From a virus (lineage: Duplodnaviria > Caudoviricetes), in IMG/VR virus record IMGVR_UViG_3300044695_004869: 64,000 bases of DNA; one strand, given 5' to 3'. Under the pieces are notes generated by a model. It ran no database searches and was not told the origin of the DNA. It saw nothing but the letters and a program-made list of their open reading frames with translations. Positions 62,567 through 64,000 of this stretch are shown here, piece by piece. The position numbers and the translations under genes are program-made. Every line of letters begins with the position of its first letter. Positions within the stretch are counted from its first letter, which is position 1.

Positions 62567-63628
62567 ATGAATCAAGAACAAATATCAAAGTTAGAGAGGT
62601 CAATCCAAAATATGAAGGATAAAACCTCAAGAATTTATTTTGTGGTACAAGATACCAAAGGTAATGCAAGAGCATCCATTAGATACATTTATCAAATGGC
62701 AATGGCTCTTAAAACAGACGGATACAACCCGATCATCTTACATGAAAAACCTGAATACTTTGGTGTGTCAGATTGGTTAGGAGATACCTATATGACAGAA
62801 TTACCACATAAAGCAATTGAGGGAAGTAACTTAGAAATTTCACCTGACGATCTAATTGTCATTCCTGAAATTTTTGGTTTTGTTATGGACCAAATTACTA
62901 AATTACCTTGTGGTAAAGTTGTGTTGTGTCAAGCTTATGATCACATATTTGAAACATTACAACCTGGTCAAACATGGTCTCAATTAGGTTTCTTTAAATG
63001 TATTACAACTTCTGAAAAACAAAAAGAATATGTTGGGTCAGTTATGAGAAACATCTCATCTAGTGTAATTACACCTGTTATTTCAGATGTGTTTAAAAAA
63101 CAAGAATTCCCACCAAAAACAATTATTTCAATTCACACTAGAGAACATAGAGATACTGTTAATTTAATTAAAACATTTTATTCAAAATTCCCACAATATA
63201 GATGGATTACATTCCGTGATATGAGAGGTTTATCTGAAAGTGAATTTGCAAACGCAATGAATGAAAGTTTTGTATCAGTTTGGGTAGATCAAACAAGTGG
63301 ATTTGGAACATATCCATTGGAATCAATGAAAATGGGAATTCCTGTAATTGGTTTGGTCCCTAATTTAGTACCAGAATGGATGAACGAAGATAATGGTATT
63401 TGGATTAATAACCCTAATATGTTGACTGATGTTATTGCGGACGTTGTTCAAAATTGGTTAGAGGATAATTTAAATCCAGCATTATATACCGAAATGGAAA
63501 AAACAATTTCTAATTACACTGATTTAACAAAATTCAATGAAGAAGTTATTAAAACATTTAGTGACATGATAAACACTCGTCTTGAAAATTTTGAAGACCA
63601 ATTATCTAAATTTATAACAATAGAATAA
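62567..63628 (+). CDS. GT-B (GT4-like) glycosyltransferase-like protein
   Basis: DLIVIPEIF, VLCQAY, VWVDQTSGFGTYPLESMKMGIPVIG. Confidence 0.65.
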   Translation: MNQEQISKLERSIQNMKDKTSRIYFVVQDTKGNARASIRYIYQMAMALKTDGYNPIILHEKPEYFGVSDWLGDTYMTELPHKAIEGSNLEISPDDLIVIPEIFGFVMDQITKLPCGKVVLCQAYDHIFETLQPGQTWSQLGFFKCITTSEKQKEYVGSVMRNISSSVITPVISDVFKKQEFPPKTIISIHTREHRDTVNLIKTFYSKFPQYRWITFRDMRGLSESEFANAMNESFVSVWVDQTSGFGTYPLESMKMGIPVIGLVPNLVPEWMNEDNGIWINNPNMLTDVIADVVQNWLEDNLNPALYTEMEKTISNYTDLTKFNEEVIKTFSDMINTRLENFEDQLSKFITIE

Positions 63629-63629
63629 T

Positions 63630-64000
63630 ATGAAAAATAAAAACACAATCTCAGTAATTTTACCAATTAAATCAGCGGTGTCTGGTTTCTTTGAGGAATA
63701 TTTAAATAAAGCAATTGAATCTATTAAAGTACAAAAAGAACAATTTGATGAATTAATTATCGTACACACAGATGAAAATTTATTAACTAAAGTTTTAAAA
63801 GATTTTGACTTTGGTGACTTAAATGTTAAATTAGAATCTTGGACAAAAGAAGCAAATTTTGCAGATCAGATTAATCATGGTGTTAGTTTGGCAACATCTA
63901 ATTGGATTACTATTTTTGAATTTGATGATGAATATGCAAACATTTGGGTTAAAAATGTTAAAAACTATATGGACATCTATCCAAATGTTGGGGCATTTTT
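63630..64000 (+). CDS. GT2-like glycosyltransferase (partial, runs off right edge)
   Basis: Not in the ORF track. MKNKNTISVILPIKS...INHGV...IFEFDDEY, open to the window end. Confidence 0.7.
   Translation, partial: MKNKNTISVILPIKSAVSGFFEEYLNKAIESIKVQKEQFDELIIVHTDENLLTKVLKDFDFGDLNVKLESWTKEANFADQINHGVSLATSNWITIFEFDDEYANIWVKNVKNYMDIYPNVGAF

Noticed and set aside
1-64000. Stop-codon reassignment as seen in some large phages
   Set aside because: Genes translate full-length under the standard code with tight packing. No conserved protein is interrupted by TAG or TGA.
1-64000. Bacterial O-antigen/EPS locus, or eukaryotic giant virus
   Set aside because: No wzx/wzy/wzm/wzt/wza or undecaprenyl-priming GT was seen, and the GTs are interleaved with phage-like structural genes. 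Coupled operons, intrinsic terminators and phoH argue against an NCLDV. Neither is fully excluded, because capsid and terminase genes are outside the window.

Overview
AT-rich, densely coded segment of what is most likely a large tailed bacteriophage genome. Evidence: operons with ATGA-type overlaps, two intrinsic terminators, phoH, dUTPase and a PolB-type exonuclease. There are no Shine-Dalgarno motifs and the leaders are A-rich, which suggests a Bacteroidota-like host (inference). The left arm (1-45.4 kb, almost all minus strand) encodes putative virion-surface proteins. These include six Pro/Thr-rich mucin-like, Cys-rich proteins, one of them an edge-truncated ORF of at least 1140 aa that the ORF track missed. 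They also include LamG and fibrinogen-like lectin proteins, a NAL1-like serine protease fused to a PEBP/YbhB domain, and a 3780-aa protein made of about 1120 Gly-Thr-(Asn/Ser/Asp) tripeptides. Glycosyltransferase genes are interleaved with them, including a GT60 polypeptide-GlcNAc-transferase homologue and an Aah/TibC-type protein O-heptosyltransferase fusion. The right arm (45.4-64 kb, plus strand) encodes hypothetical proteins, a WYL protein, the exonuclease, dUTPase, PhoH, about nine more glycosyltransferases and nucleotide-sugar enzymes (Gmd, Fcl/ColC-like, ColD-like, an aminotransferase and an N-acetyltransferase). A TATTTAT(A/T) motif precedes most structural genes. Best overall reading (inference): a phage-encoded system that builds a glycosylated mucin/collagen-like coat on the virion. 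No tRNA, rRNA, CRISPR array, integrase or transposase was recognised.
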